A DNA stretch of 64,000 nt from Azolla caroliniana (lineage: Eukaryota > Plantae > Polypodiophyta): positions 14,074,001-14,138,000 of the forward strand of contig JBHGNT010000020.1 in assembly GCA_043228905.1 (NCBI GenBank). The letters are read 5' to 3'. The notes under the pieces were generated by a model, which saw only the letters and a program-made list of their open reading frames with translations, ran no database searches and was not told where the DNA came from. Below, in pieces: positions 21,536-34,000 of the stretch. A program made the position numbers and the translations under genes. Positions within the stretch are counted from its first letter, which is position 1, and every line of letters begins with the position of its first letter.

Positions 21536-22329
21536 TGTCGTGGAGAAAACCGTCCATAAGCGGAATCGGCACACCAAGGCGTGGGAACCGGTTCTTCACG
21601 CGCGCACGCTCCAAGTTGTACGTAGAAGCGAATTAGGAGGATAATCGGCAGGAACGGGCCCTAACACAAGTGGAGACAAAGACCGCGCGAACAGTCTTTT
21701 CGGTCGCGCGCGCGAGCTAAGGAACTGTACGAGTCGGCGGCGTAACTACGCGGATGCGTGAAGAGCGGAGCGGATCCCTGTCCAAAAGGGACAGGGAATA
21801 AAGCTGACAGGACGGCCCGCTCGTCGGCCTATATAAGGAGCAGGAAAGAGCTGTTGCAGGCATCTCGGGCAGAGAGGACGAAGTGCTGTCGGGCCGTTTC
21901 TGGACGCTTCTCTCTTTGTTTCCTTCCTTCTTGAGCTCCATAGCTTTTCTGTGCAGGGTTCCGAGGAGGCTCGCGCTGTTTCGAGGAACGCTCGAGTGCT
22001 TCCGGCAGCACCTCCGACCTGCTCCCCCCTTTGTGCGTCGAAGCGAACAAGTATCGGCATCTGTTCGCCAGCTTGTTCGGTTGTAACCAACCTGAGCCCC
22101 ATCGAGGGTTGTAGTCGTGTTAGCCATTTTTGTTAATATACATATTTAGTCGTTCGCATCTGTCTGTGTCGGTGTCTGTTCGCGTTCTCCGTGCTGAAGG
22201 GCCGTGTCCCTGTGTATCCCCGGTCCTGCGTAGCCGGTTCTCTCTCTTTCTCCTCCCTCGCTTGCTCTTTGGTTCGAGACCCCCGCGGTCCCGCCTCGTC
22301 TCCACACGCACTTGCGAAATATCTCGACA
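21536..22329 (+). repeat. 3' LTR of Gypsy C
   Basis: Preceded by PPT; repeat of 7742-8480. Confidence 0.96.
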
Positions 22330-22333
22330 CCGT

Positions 22334-23048
22334 GTGAGCCGACTCAGTATCGGCAACTCATCGGGAGTCTCATTTACCTCACGATCACACGACCCGATCT
22401 CAATTATCCGGTCGGCCTCCTTAGCCAATTCATGCAAACACCGCGTGATACTCACTTGGATTGCGCTAAGCGAGTTCTACGATACGTGAGTGGCACAATG
22501 GATTGCAGCATCCTTTACAAGACCGCGATGCCAATACGACTCGAGGGGTACATTGACGCGATTAGGCCGGCTACAAAGCCGATAGAAGATCAACCTCCGT
22601 ATTTGTTTTCTCCCTCGGCAGTGGAGCAATATCCTGGAGTAGCAAGAAGCAGCCTACCGTCGCTCTTTCGAGTACGGAGGCGGGATACAGGGGCGCAGCC
22701 GTAACTGCGTGTGAAGCCGTATGGCTCAAGAGGATTTTGAAGGATCTGGGCGTACCCATCAGGGATCCGACTCCCCTTTACTGCGACAACATGAGCAGTA
22801 TCTATCTGGCTCGGAACCCGGTGTTCCACGCACGGAAAAAGCACATCGAAGTGCACTATCACTTCATCCGAGAGCGCGTCCTGGCTGGCGATGTTGACCT
22901 ACAACACATTAGCACCAATCTTCAAACGGTTGACATCTTCACTAAAGCCTTAGGAGCCGACAAGTTATGGCAATTCATGACCGATCTTGGATTGACGATC
23001 CCTGACCTGCCAAGGTTGAGGGGGAGTACTGAAGACAGTACGCAATAA
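22334..23048 (+). pseudogene. pol: Copia B pol 3' part (RT end, RNase H)
   Basis: YRQLIGSLIYLTITRPD, YCDNMSS, KHIEVHYHFIRE; frameshift ~22560. Confidence 0.92.
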
Positions 23049-23259
23049 CGCGTAGATTCCGCAACCACGCAACAAAGCCGCGAAGAAAGACGCAAGCCGA
23101 AGCACTGACTTCATAACTACGCACAACGCAAGCTGGAGCACGGATTCCCCAACTCTGCATACATGCGAGTCGTCACGAGTTGACACGGACTCCAGAACGC
23201 GAGTTGAAGCGGATTTCGGATACAGTCTGAAACCGACCCGACTTGAGCTTGAGGGGGCG

Positions 23260-23639
23260 TGTTGAGAATCAAGCTCAACTTGGTCTAGTGTGTGAACTCA
23301 CCTTGAGAGTGAAGAGACACTCAAACGGTCAAGAGTCACCATTATGTCACCACTTTGTATTCTAGCATTTAGTATGAGTCATAGAATCATATTCTATGAC
23401 ACATAACTTATGAGCTTTCACATTCCCCATGCTCCATGAGCCTTGTAGTTAATGAAGAGAGAGGGTGACTACATAAAGCACCCTCCTCCCACCTTGTATA
23501 ATGTTGAGTCTTTCTCCTTTGCTAATATACTTAACCTTGCGTATACTCTGTGTGTGTCTCTCTCTCTATCTCATACACACATACACACACAGTTCACACC
23601 AATTCCGCTTCGCAAGAATCCATCTCTTGATTCTTTACA
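23260..23639 (+). repeat. 3' LTR of Copia B
   Basis: Repeat of 3610-3992, preceded by GAGGGGGCG. Confidence 0.95.
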
Positions 23640-23841
23640 CGCACCAACCAAATAGTAGAACAATATCTTTGTTGTTTTGTCAACTATCAACAAGATGATT
23701 GGGTTGATCTATTACATTTGGTGGAATTTGCTTACAACAACTCAAAACATTCTTTTACTGGACATTCCCCACTTTTTGCAAACATTGGGTACCATCCTCG
23801 TTGGACTATGCTTCAACATCCCGAACTCACGACAAACCCGG
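23640..23841 (+). pseudogene. pol: Tcn1-like integrase core C-terminal fragment
   Basis: Translates [38 protein letters not shown]...GYHPRW, homologous to the minus copy at ~48180-48375. Confidence 0.85.
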
Positions 23842-24616
23842 TGTCGCGTTGTTACGCGCGTGCGTGTAGAAAGGCGGGACCACGGGGGTCTTGGACTAGG
23901 GAGTGACAGAGCGTAGGAAGCCGCGCTTCACCCTTTCCGGGGCACCCCAGGAGCACACCAGAAGCAATCGAAGGGAGAGAGAGAGAGTGAGTAGGCATGC
24001 AACATTGACTCTCGCACGAACATGTACATAAGCAAGAAAGAAACACTAAGACACACACACGCACACCAACAGAGACCCGAATATGCACAACCACATGTAT
24101 ATGTATTTACAAGACAACGAGATTCAACACTGACTTCAAGCCGGACCTAGGCCGCATGAGATACAATCGTTGTCTACTGCCAAGCCGCCGGTCGGGGCGC
24201 TCTCGGGCTTGTCGCGCCGAGCGGGGTCTTGCACAGAGTACAGGGCAGAAAATTGGAACGCTAGATGCCAAGGCTCTTCACACAGAAGGACGAAGAAGAA
24301 GAAGAAGCAGAGGGGAGCAAGAAGAAGAAACCCTAAAACAAGAGAGAGAGAGAAAGAGAGAACGTCTCTCCGTCTAACGGTATACCCTACTAATACAAAA
24401 TGGGCAACCCTTCTACAAGGGACCATCCCTTCCTTTTATAGAACAAGGTGAGGGATGCATTACAATGTGGGATAAATCCCGATTTACATGGGATTCTTCG
24501 TCCCGATTTAACTCCTATTACTCACACAATTACACGAGGGTGAGTGCACATGGTGCACCCCGCCAATGTAGCCAATATTTCCCGGTTTCCGCCTCTAGAC
24601 GAAATTCTTCACGACA
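23842..24616 (-). repeat. 3' LTR of element E
   Basis: Reverse complement reads TGTCGTGAAGAA...AACGCGACA; homologous to 39517-40312 (+) and 55411-55927/61252-61451 (-). Confidence 0.88.
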
Positions 24617-25578
24617 TCCGCCCCCACCTAACCGCACGTCCACCGGTACATGCGAAATCCGGTGAAGGGTGAGAGATTTCGACCGGTGAGAAACCGGTCT
24701 TCCGTAATCCGCATCCTGGCTCGCTGCCGGTTTGAACCGTCGGCTTCGGTTCTCCCTTCGCGCTTACCTCCCTGTAGGCTAGTTCGACCCGTTGATGGGT
24801 CCTTCGTTGCGATCTTCGTAGTACGCGTACTTCCGCTGGCCCTTGTTCGGCCGTATGCACGCTCTGTTCTCTGCCATATGCCGGATGTCCTCCGCTTGAG
24901 GAACGCCCGTAGTGGCCCGCTTGGCCTCCATCGACTATTCGTGTTGTCTTGATTGCCGTCCCATGTTGCCTCGCGTTGCCACCTTCCTTCTCCATGGTCT
25001 TACGTCGCCGCGTCAGCTCGAACCGCCATGGTCTCCGGAACGGTGTGGAGGATCCTTCTCTGGCCTTCTACACGCTACCTCTAAACCGCACAACCCATCT
25101 TCGCGCTCGCCTTTCCGCTCCGGCACCTCCGTGTGCCGCATACCCTCGTCCGTTGTTTGGCACTGCCTGTGCCATACTCCGGTTCATTGCACGCCTTGTC
25201 GGCCCCTTTCCTGGCTAGATCGTGCATCTGCGCTCACCCGGATACCGGTGTCCTCCGCATCCGAGGAACACCCTGTAGTAGCCCGCTTGGCCTTCCCGTC
25301 TTCGTGTTGTTGCAACAGGTCCTGAGTCTTCCACTTGTCGTCGTCCCCTCGCCCCCACTAGCTTGTCACCCCGGGCTCGCCGTGTTAGTCTTCGCTACTT
25401 CGACGGAGCTACCGAGATCTACGAAGCGAGTGTGGAGGATCCTCCTCGGGCCTCTTTTGCCATCCCCTGACTCCGACCCTGTGCAGTCCACTAGGCACCC
25501 GTCACCTCGTTCCCGGCACCTCCCTTGTGCCATCTTCCGCTTCCTTTGTTCGGCACCGCCCGTGCCGAACACCGTCCC

Positions 25579-25973
25579 TGTTGAGCGGCAAGCTCAACCG
25601 GAGCCGGATCGGCTGAATAAGCCGGAGACGGTAAGCGAGACGGATCGGTATGACGGTGAGCAACCGAACTGGCAAGTAGTGGAGGTTGGGTGCAATCTGT
25701 AACCGGAAGTCCAATCGGAAGCCTAGTATAGGATAGACTACTAGGTAGCTATAGTCTCGTAGTAAGTGTTAGATGCTCGTGTGAGCATTGAAGTACATGG
25801 TACTTCTGTCAGTCCCAAGAGGACTTGTATAAATAATGCTACTTAGCACAGTGTGTGTACAGAGTCTTGAGATAATTTTGAAATTGTGTTCTGCTCTCTC
25901 TGTCTTTGTCTTTGTCTCTGTCTCTGTGTGTGTTGTTCTCTGTTTTACGCTTCCGCAAACACTCACGTTTACA
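25579..25973 (+). repeat. 5' LTR of Copia F
   Basis: TGTTGAG...TTTACA, repeat of 36546-36994. Confidence 0.94.
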
Positions 25974-26067
25974 TGATATTAGAGCACGACGGTTGAGAAC
26001 CTCTGCTGCAAACATTTACTCTTGAGAAGAAAACCCTAACAGGTCGAAAACAAACACAGTAGAAGAC

Positions 26068-29000
26068 ATGGATAGAGGCATGGCTACGTCGCTCCCGGTG
26101 GAGAAGCTCGACAGGAGAAACTACACATCCTGGTCTTACAAGATGCACCAGTACCTGCTTGGACACGGGTACTGGAGTTATGTCGAAGGAGCGAATGATG
26201 CGGCGCCAGACTCGGCACACAAGGACTTCCCGGTATGGGAACAAGCGGAGAGCAGGGTGATGTACTGCTTCGCATCCAGTGTCGACGATCAGCTGCTCAG
26301 CCACATCCGTGAAGCTAAGACACCGAAGGATGCTTGGGGGAACCTGAAAAAGGTTTTTGCCGCAAGCACCACTGCCCGGAAGCTGCAACTCAGACAGGAG
26401 TTGAGCAATGTTTGACAAAAGAACATGTTCGTGGCAGACTACACAGGCCGGATAAAGGAGATCTGCGACTCGCTCGCCTCTATCAATGTTACCATAGAGG
26501 AAGATGAGATGGTGCAGGTATGTCTCAGAGGCCTGGCGTCCAAGTTCGGAGCGTTCTGGACTGCGGTGTGTACAAGGGAGAATACCACGCCAGTGCATCT
26601 ACCAGTGCATCCCCGGACAGCCGAATGTTGTACACGGGAACAGATTTGTTCCGTGGGCGTGGTGGAAGAGGTGGGTCGCCACGCAATGGAGGCGGCCGGC
26701 AAAAGTAGGAATGAAGGCACTATGAGAGTGCCGATAGCAGTTCCGGGACTTCCACAAGCAGGGGGAGTCAAGGCGGTGCCAGAGGCCAGCAAGACAAATC
26801 CGCTACGGAATGCTGGTATTGTGGCAAAAAAGGCCATAGGGAAAGCGAGTGCTGGAGAAAGCGTGCCGATTCGGAAAAATCCGGATCCGGCAAGACCGGT
26901 AAGGATGGCCGACAAAACTCGCACTACGCAAACGGATCAGGAGGATCCGGAACCGGAAAGGCCGGTAAGGGGCCAACCTTGGTGATGAATCACAAGGCAA
27001 ACTCAATGAAGAAGACCACTTCCAAAACAGAGGAAGTGTGGTATGTTGATTCCGGCGCGTCGAACCACATGACGAGCCACAAAGAGTGGTTCTCCTTTCT
27101 GGAGAAACCGGATCAACCAGGAGTAGTCGAAATCGGAGACGACACTCCTCACCCAATCATGCACGTCGGAGAAGTCCCTCTAAGCCACATCGGACAGAAA
27201 GGGAAGCTGATGAACGTATTACACGTTCCGACAATCACGAAGAACCTGGTGTCCGTCGGTCAGATTGTCGACCAGGGGATGCAGGTGCGGTTTACGCACC
27301 TCAGGTGCTTCATTGAGGATGAGGGCGAAGTCATTGCGCAAGGGCGCAGAGATGGGAGGAAGTTTATCCTCAACACCAATGACTTTGGCACCGCTCTATT
27401 CGCGAAACGACAGAAGGTCGAGTCGGACATCGACCTGTGGCACAAGCGGATAGGCCACGTCAACTACCAGAGGCTTCAAGACCTGCAAACGAAACAAGTC
27501 ATTTTCGGTTTGCCGAAGTTCAGCGGCCGGAGAGCCGAAATTTGTGAAGCCTGCCAACTTGGGAAGCAACACCGGCTTCCATTCCCCACCGAATGGAACC
27601 GGAGCCGTAACAAGCTCGATCTCATCCATTCGGATGTGTGGGAACCGACACAAAGTGTAAGCTTTGGCGGGAGCCGATACTTCGTCTCCTTCATCAACGA
27701 CTATACTCGACATACTTGGATCTACCTCATTGAGCGGAAGAGCGAAGTCTTCGACTGTTTCCGGAGCCTCTAGAAGATGGTGGAACGGGAATCAGAGAGG
27801 AAGATCAAATGCCTTCGGTCGGATGGCGGAAAGGAATATTTTTCCGGCCAATTCACTAGTTATCTGCAGCAGAAGGGAATTCAGCGAGAGTTCAGCTGCA
27901 GATACACACTGGAGCAAAACGGTGTGGCCGAAAGGAAGAACCGGACACTCGTCGAAGCGGCAAGGGCAATGCTGGAGGAGAAGAGCATGCCCCGGTTCTA
28001 CTAGGCGGAGGCGGTCCAGACGGCCGTCTACATACAAAACCGCATTGGTGACAAGGTGTCAGCTCATAAGCTGTATTTCGGGCGCAAGCCGAACTTAAGA
28101 CACCTTCGGATATTCAGCAGCATAACGTATGTGTATGTGCCGGATCAGAAGCGGAGAAAGCTGGATGCAAAATCGGAAAAATGCATCCTAGTCGGCTATC
28201 CTCAAGAGCAAAAGGGGTATAAGTGCTATAACCCCTGCACGAAGGAAGTTCGAGTTAGCCGGGATGTCGAGTTCGATGAATCGGCATCCTGGTACTCCGT
28301 ACCGACTCCGACTTCCGATCCCGACCCAATGCCGGAAGATCAGGCCAGTGAGCCTGAATCAGCCCTGGCAGAGGATGATGAAGCCGGGACTCAAGATGAG
28401 AGTCCGGAATCGTTTCGGTTGAGTGGACCGAACGAGCGACTGAGTCGGTTGGACCAATCGGATGAAGAGACGGCAAGTGGTGGAGACTCTGCCGTGCTCT
28501 CCCCGCGCAAGGAACCGAGGAAACGGTTCATGCGCAAAGAGAAGGGGAAGAGGAAGATGTCGGAATTCGAAACCGGCAACGATGAGTCGGATCGGTGCGT
28601 ATCCGACTCCGGAAAGGAGAAAGGCAGATCTTCGGCAACGAAGACCGAACTGGTCAAGAAGGGCCTCAAATTAGGTGACGGTGCGTTGCGTCGATCAACC
28701 CGTGAGAAGGATCCCGTCATGCGGTACGGGTACAATGAATACATGGCGCATCATTATGCGTACATGACTAAGGTGACAGAAGTGCGTGAGCCGGAGAGCT
28801 ACGCATAAGCGGCAAAGGACGCAAATTGGCGTGCCGCTATGGACGAAGAAATGCGGGCACTCGATGCCAACGAAACTTGGGACCTAGTTGATCCTCCCCG
28901 TCACTGTAAACCGATTGGATGCAAGTGGGTGTACAAGGTCAAGTACAACGCCAACGGTTCTGTTAACCGGTACAAAGCCCGGTTAGTGGCGAAGGGATAC

Positions 29001-30383
29001 GCGGAATCGACTACGACGAGACCTTCGCTCCTGTGGCGAAGATGACGACGGTTTGTGTGGTACTGGCGGTTGCTGCGGCAAGGGGGTGGCATCTTCACCA
29101 GATGGATGTGAAGAACGCCTTCCTTCAAGGAGAGCTTGAAGAAGAAGTCTTTATGACTCAGCCCCCCGGATTTCAATCGGAGATGAACAAGTCGGCGGTA
29201 TGCCGACTGAAGAAGTCGCTTTACGGCTTGAAGCAAGCCCCCCGAGCCTGGAACGTGAAGATCACGCACCGGTTGCATAAGCTGGGGTTTGCTGTCTCTA
29301 AGTCGGACTCTTCGTTGTTCATCCGGGAAGGCTCTGACGGTCCGGTATGTATACTCTTGTATGTGGATGATTTAGTCATCACCGGACCGGGTCTTCCCGA
29401 AATCAACCGCATCAAGTCCCAGTTGTCGGACGCATTCGAAATGAAGGACCTGGGGGACCTTCATTATTTTCTTGGGATCGAAGTGATCCGGACCCCCGAC
29501 GGCATATTGCTCTCACAACGACATTACGTGTTGAATATGTTGTATAAGTTCGGCATGACGGATTGCCGACCTGTCTCCACATCCCTGGACCGGAACCAGA
29601 AGCTTCGTCCCAACTCCGGACTGGCCTGCAATGAGAAACGGTTCCGACAGGTTGTCAGAAGCCTGATCTACTTAACCATCACCTGACCCGACATCAGCTA
29701 TCCGGTCGGCATGGTAAGTCAGTTCATGCAGAAGCCGACCGTGGAGCACCTTTAGTGCGCGCAAGGAATATTACGGTATGTCAGCGGCACTAAGGACCGG
29801 GGACTGCTATACCGGTGAGGTATACCCGAAGAGCTTGTCGGTTACACAGATGCTGACTGGGCCGGCGATGCGTCTGATCGTCGCTCCACTTCCGGATACA
29901 TGTTCTCCATAGGTAGCGCGGCCGTTGCGTGGAGCAGCAAGAAGCAGCCTACAGTGGCTTTGTCAAGCACTGAGGCTGAGTACCGGGCCGCTACCGTTGC
30001 CACTTGTGAAGCCATCTAGCTTCGGCGACTGCTGCGAGACTTGAGGATCGAGGTACCGACCCCGATCCCGATTTGCTGCGATAACATGAGTAGCCTGCAG
30101 CTTGCCACGAACCCTGTGTTCCATGCTCCCACAAAGCACATCGAGGTGCACTACCACTTTGTGCGTGAGCGAGTCCTGAGCGGTGAAGTTGACCTACGGT
30201 ATCTTCATACGGATCGACAAGTTGCCGACATCTTCACCAAGCCGCTCGGATCGGACAAGTTGCAGCACTTTACCGACATGCTCGGTATTCAGCAGCTCGA
30301 CATGCCGCACTTGAGGGGGAGAAGCAAGGGCAAGGTCTCTACCGAAACGGGCAAAGGACAAAAAACTGTTGAACCCATCGGTA
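26068..30383 (+). pseudogene. gag-pol: Copia F gag-pol, multiple stops/frameshifts
   Basis: KLDRRNYTSW, WYVDSGASNHMT, LWHKRIGH, SDGGKEY, LYVDDL, KHIEVHYHFVRE. Confidence 0.92.
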
Positions 30384-30646
30384 TGTTGTAAAACAGTGCT
30401 CGGCCACAACCGAGGAATAGGATTACCTCACAGAAAACAGGAAATACAAAATGCACGAAGACAATAGAGAGGAGGGTACACAGGGTGTTTACGTGGAAAC
30501 CCTAAATGGGAAAAACCACGGGAGTCCTCAGACTCCAACTATCAGTATGAACAGAGATGTACAATGGTGAAGCTACAAGGCAACAACCTTGAGTTCACTG
30601 TCTTCGCCACAGGCGGCGGTAATACACAGAGGCAACGACCTCTTCG

Positions 30647-30677
<31 letters not shown>

Positions 30678-31070
30678 AGGCTGCTCTCACTTCGCATGAA
30701 ACATGAGCAACAACATAAAACTGTTTGCCCTAAGTCATATTTATACATATATGACTTTCGGGCTATTTACAAATATAGCCTCAAGGGCCCTTGGCAAACA
30801 TATTCACAAATATGTCCCCGCATCCGGATCTCTCTCTCCGGGTACATACGTCATCCGGCTCCGTAACCGGGGTCTTCAGCATCCGGCTTTGTAACCGGGG
30901 TCTTCAGCATCCGGCTCCGTAGCCGGGGTCTTCGTCATCCGGCTCCGTAACCGGGGTCTTCAGCATCCGGCTCCGTAGCCGGGGTCTTCGTCATCCGGCT
31001 CCGTAATCGCAACCGGGCTTGCCGTCATTCATCTCCGGACATCCCATCCGGAGGGACCGAAATCCCAACA
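30384..31070 (-). repeat. 3' LTR of Copia G
   Basis: Direct repeat of 35189-35875. Confidence 0.97.
30852..31006. repeat. 28-bp tandem array in U3 of the Copia G LTR (also 35657-35811)
   Basis: CATCCGGCTCCGTA(A/G)CCGGGGTCTTC(AG/GT) about 5.5 times. Confidence 0.93.
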
Positions 31071-31080
31071 AACTCCCCCT

Positions 31081-34000
31081 TCACTTCGGCATGGGATGTC
31101 TCTCCAATCCGATCCTCTTCCGGCATGTTTCCAGCTTGTCGGGTGTGAGCACCTTGGTCAGCATATCCGACCCGTTCTCGTCCGTGCGGACCTTCGTCAG
31201 TACGAGCTCTTTATCTTCTATCCTTTCCCGGATCCAGTGGTATCTACGCTGGATGTGTTTCGTCCGGGAATGGTAGGCCGCGTTCTTCGCAAGGTGGATG
31301 GCACTCTGACTATCGCAGTAGAGTCGGTACTCCTCCTGCCGGATACCGAGCTCTCTAATGAAGTCCTTCATCCATATTATTTCCTTGCCGGCTTCAACAA
31401 CCGCCATGTACTCCGCCTCCGTGGTTGATAACGCAACCGTCTTCTGCAGCCTCGACTGCCATGAAACAGCTCCCCCTGCATACGTCATCACATACCCTGA
31501 TGTGGACCGGCTGGTATCTGCATCAGCCGACATATCCGAATCGGTGAAGCCGTCGAGTTCGGGCTTACCAGAGCCGAATCGGAGGCACACGTTTGCCGTG
31601 CCCTTCAGGTATCGGAGTATCCACTTGACCGCGTTCCAGTGCTCTTTGCCGGAATTGCTCATGTACCGGCTCACCACTCCGACTGCGTATCCTATGTCCG
31701 GTCTTGTACACACCATTGCGTACATCAAGCTTCCGACGGCAGAGGCATATGGTACTTTCATCATGTCCTCCTTCTCAGCCTTTGTCTTGGGGCTTTGCTT
31801 GCTGGACAACTTGCAGTTTGCCGGGAGGGTTGACCCGACCGGTCTTGCTTCCGACATGTTGAACCGGTGAAGCACCTTTGTCACGTACTTCTCCTGTGAC
31901 AGCCACAACTGCTTCTTCTTCCGGTTCCGGATGATGTGCATCCCTAGTATTTGCCTCGCCGGACCCAGGTCCTTCATTGAGAAGGTTCGGTGAAGTGCCT
32001 TCTTCAGCATCCGTATCTTGACCTGGTCCCGTCCGACGATCAACATGTCGTCCACGTACAGGAGGAGTATTAGAGAGTCTCCTCCTTCGAACTTCTTCAC
32101 AAACACGCAGTGATCAGACTGCGTTTTGTGGTACCCTTCGTCGGTCATGAAGGAGTCGAACTTCCGGTACCATTGCCGGGGAGCCTGCTTCAGTCCGTAA
32201 AGGCTCTTCTTCAACCGGCATACCAGGTGCTCCTTCCCTTTCTTCTCGAATCCTTCCGGTTGCTGCATGTAGATCTCTTCTTCGAGGTCACCGTGAAGGA
32301 ATGCCGTCTTCACGTCCATCTGTTCTACCTCGAGGTCCATACTTGCCGCTATGCTCAGCACCGTCCGGATGGAGGTCATCTTCACTACCGGGGCAAATAT
32401 CTCGTCGAAGTCGACGCCCTTCTTCTGCTGAAACCCCTTCACCACGATCCTGGCTTTGTATCTCGGGGGGTTTCCGGCATCTCCCGGTTTCAGCTTGAAC
32501 ACCCACTTGTTACGGAGTGCCCGTTTTCCTTTCGGCAACTCCACAAGTTCATATGTGTGGTTCTCATGCAGGGAATCCATCTCCTCCTGCATGGCACTTA
32601 ACCACCTGTGGCTATGGGTGTCATACTTCGCTTCTTCAAAACTCTCCGGCTCCCCCTCGTCGGTTAGCAGCACGTGCTCTGGTTCCGGAAATCTCCGGGG
32701 GGCCCTTCTCTCTCTTAGAGGATATCTCCGTTCCGGAGCTTCGGTAACCGGTTCTTCCGATTCTTCTTCTTCATCCGAATCCATTTCGGGATCGGGGCCG
32801 GTTCCGGTATCATTTTCGTCTTCTTCGGCCGGTTCTGTTTCTTCACCGTCTTCGGCCGGATCCTCGAGTGCTAACCGGTCCCTTGCCGGTCGGGACTGCT
32901 CCTCGTAGAGTTGATCCTCACCGGTCGACTTTGAGCTCTTCATCTTCTTCTCCGACTCCCAGTCGGCGAGTGTCTTGTCCTCCATGAAGATGATGTCTCG
33001 ACTCCTGAATATCTTCTTGTCAACCGGGTCCCATACTCGGTAGCCGAACTCGTCGTCGCCGTAACCGAGGAATATGCATGGCCGGGTCTTTGGATCTAGC
33101 TTTCCTCTCCGGTCCTTTGCCACATGCACGTATGCGAGACACCCGAACACCTTCAGATGCCGGTAGGATACTTCCCTACCGGTCCACACTCTCTGCGGCG
33201 TGTCTCCGTCCAAAGGTACTGAGGGTGATCTGTTTATCACATATGTCGCCGTCGACATTGCCTCAGCCCAAAATCCCTTGGGTAATTTCGCATGTGCCAG
33301 CATACTCCGGACCCTCTCCATTATGGTCCGGTTCATCCTCTCGGCCAGCCCGTTCAGTTCCGACGTCTTCGGCACAGTAAACTCGAGCCGGATTCCCTTC
33401 GAGCGACAGTACTCCTGGAACTGCCCCCGGTATTCCCCTCCGTTATCCGCTCGTATCGCTTTCAGCTTCTTGCCGGATTCCCTTTCCACTCTCGCGTGAA
33501 GTTCTTTGAAGACGGACAATACTTGGTCCTTTGTCTTCAACGGTGCCGTCCACAGCTTCCGGCTATGGTCATCAATGAATGTTACGAAGTACTGGGCTCC
33601 GCCATGTGACTTCGTTTCTACCTGACACACATCGGTGTGCACCAACTCCAATGGTGCGCTACGTCTCGTCGGTGGCCTTGAGTGGAAGGAGGTCCGGTTT
33701 TGCTTACCGGCCAGACAGTCGGTGCACTTCTCCAGGTGCACATGCTTCACTGGAATAAGGTTGTCTTCTGCAAGCCTCTTCATCCCCTTCTCACTCATAT
33801 GGCACAGTCTCTTGTGCCACAGCTCACCGGCAGTGTCGGCTGCCACATTCAGCTCTTCCGGACATAACCGGGCATTCATCAGGTACAGTGTGTTGTCTTT
33901 CCGGGCCCGAGCCACTATCAGGCTCCCTTTGCTGAACTTCATGACACCGTTCCGGATGCTACCCGTGTAGCCTTCATCATCTAGCCTCCCGGCCGAAATC

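Larger units (their letters stand above)
7742..22329 (+). mobile_element. Non-chromovirus Ty3/gypsy element C (Trp PBS, 4-bp TSD CCGT), interrupted by element D
   Basis: LTRs 7742-8480 and 21536-22329; TSD CCGT 7738-7741/22330-22333; removing it restores the Copia B frame GTKPCEPTQYR. Confidence 0.96.
3610..23639 (+). mobile_element. Ty1/copia element B, interrupted by Gypsy C/D; flanks do not form a TSD
   Basis: LTRs 3610-3992 and 23260-23639, PBS 3993-4004, PPT ~23249-23259, gag-PR-INT-RT-RH order; flanks GAAGC vs CGCAC. Confidence 0.93.
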
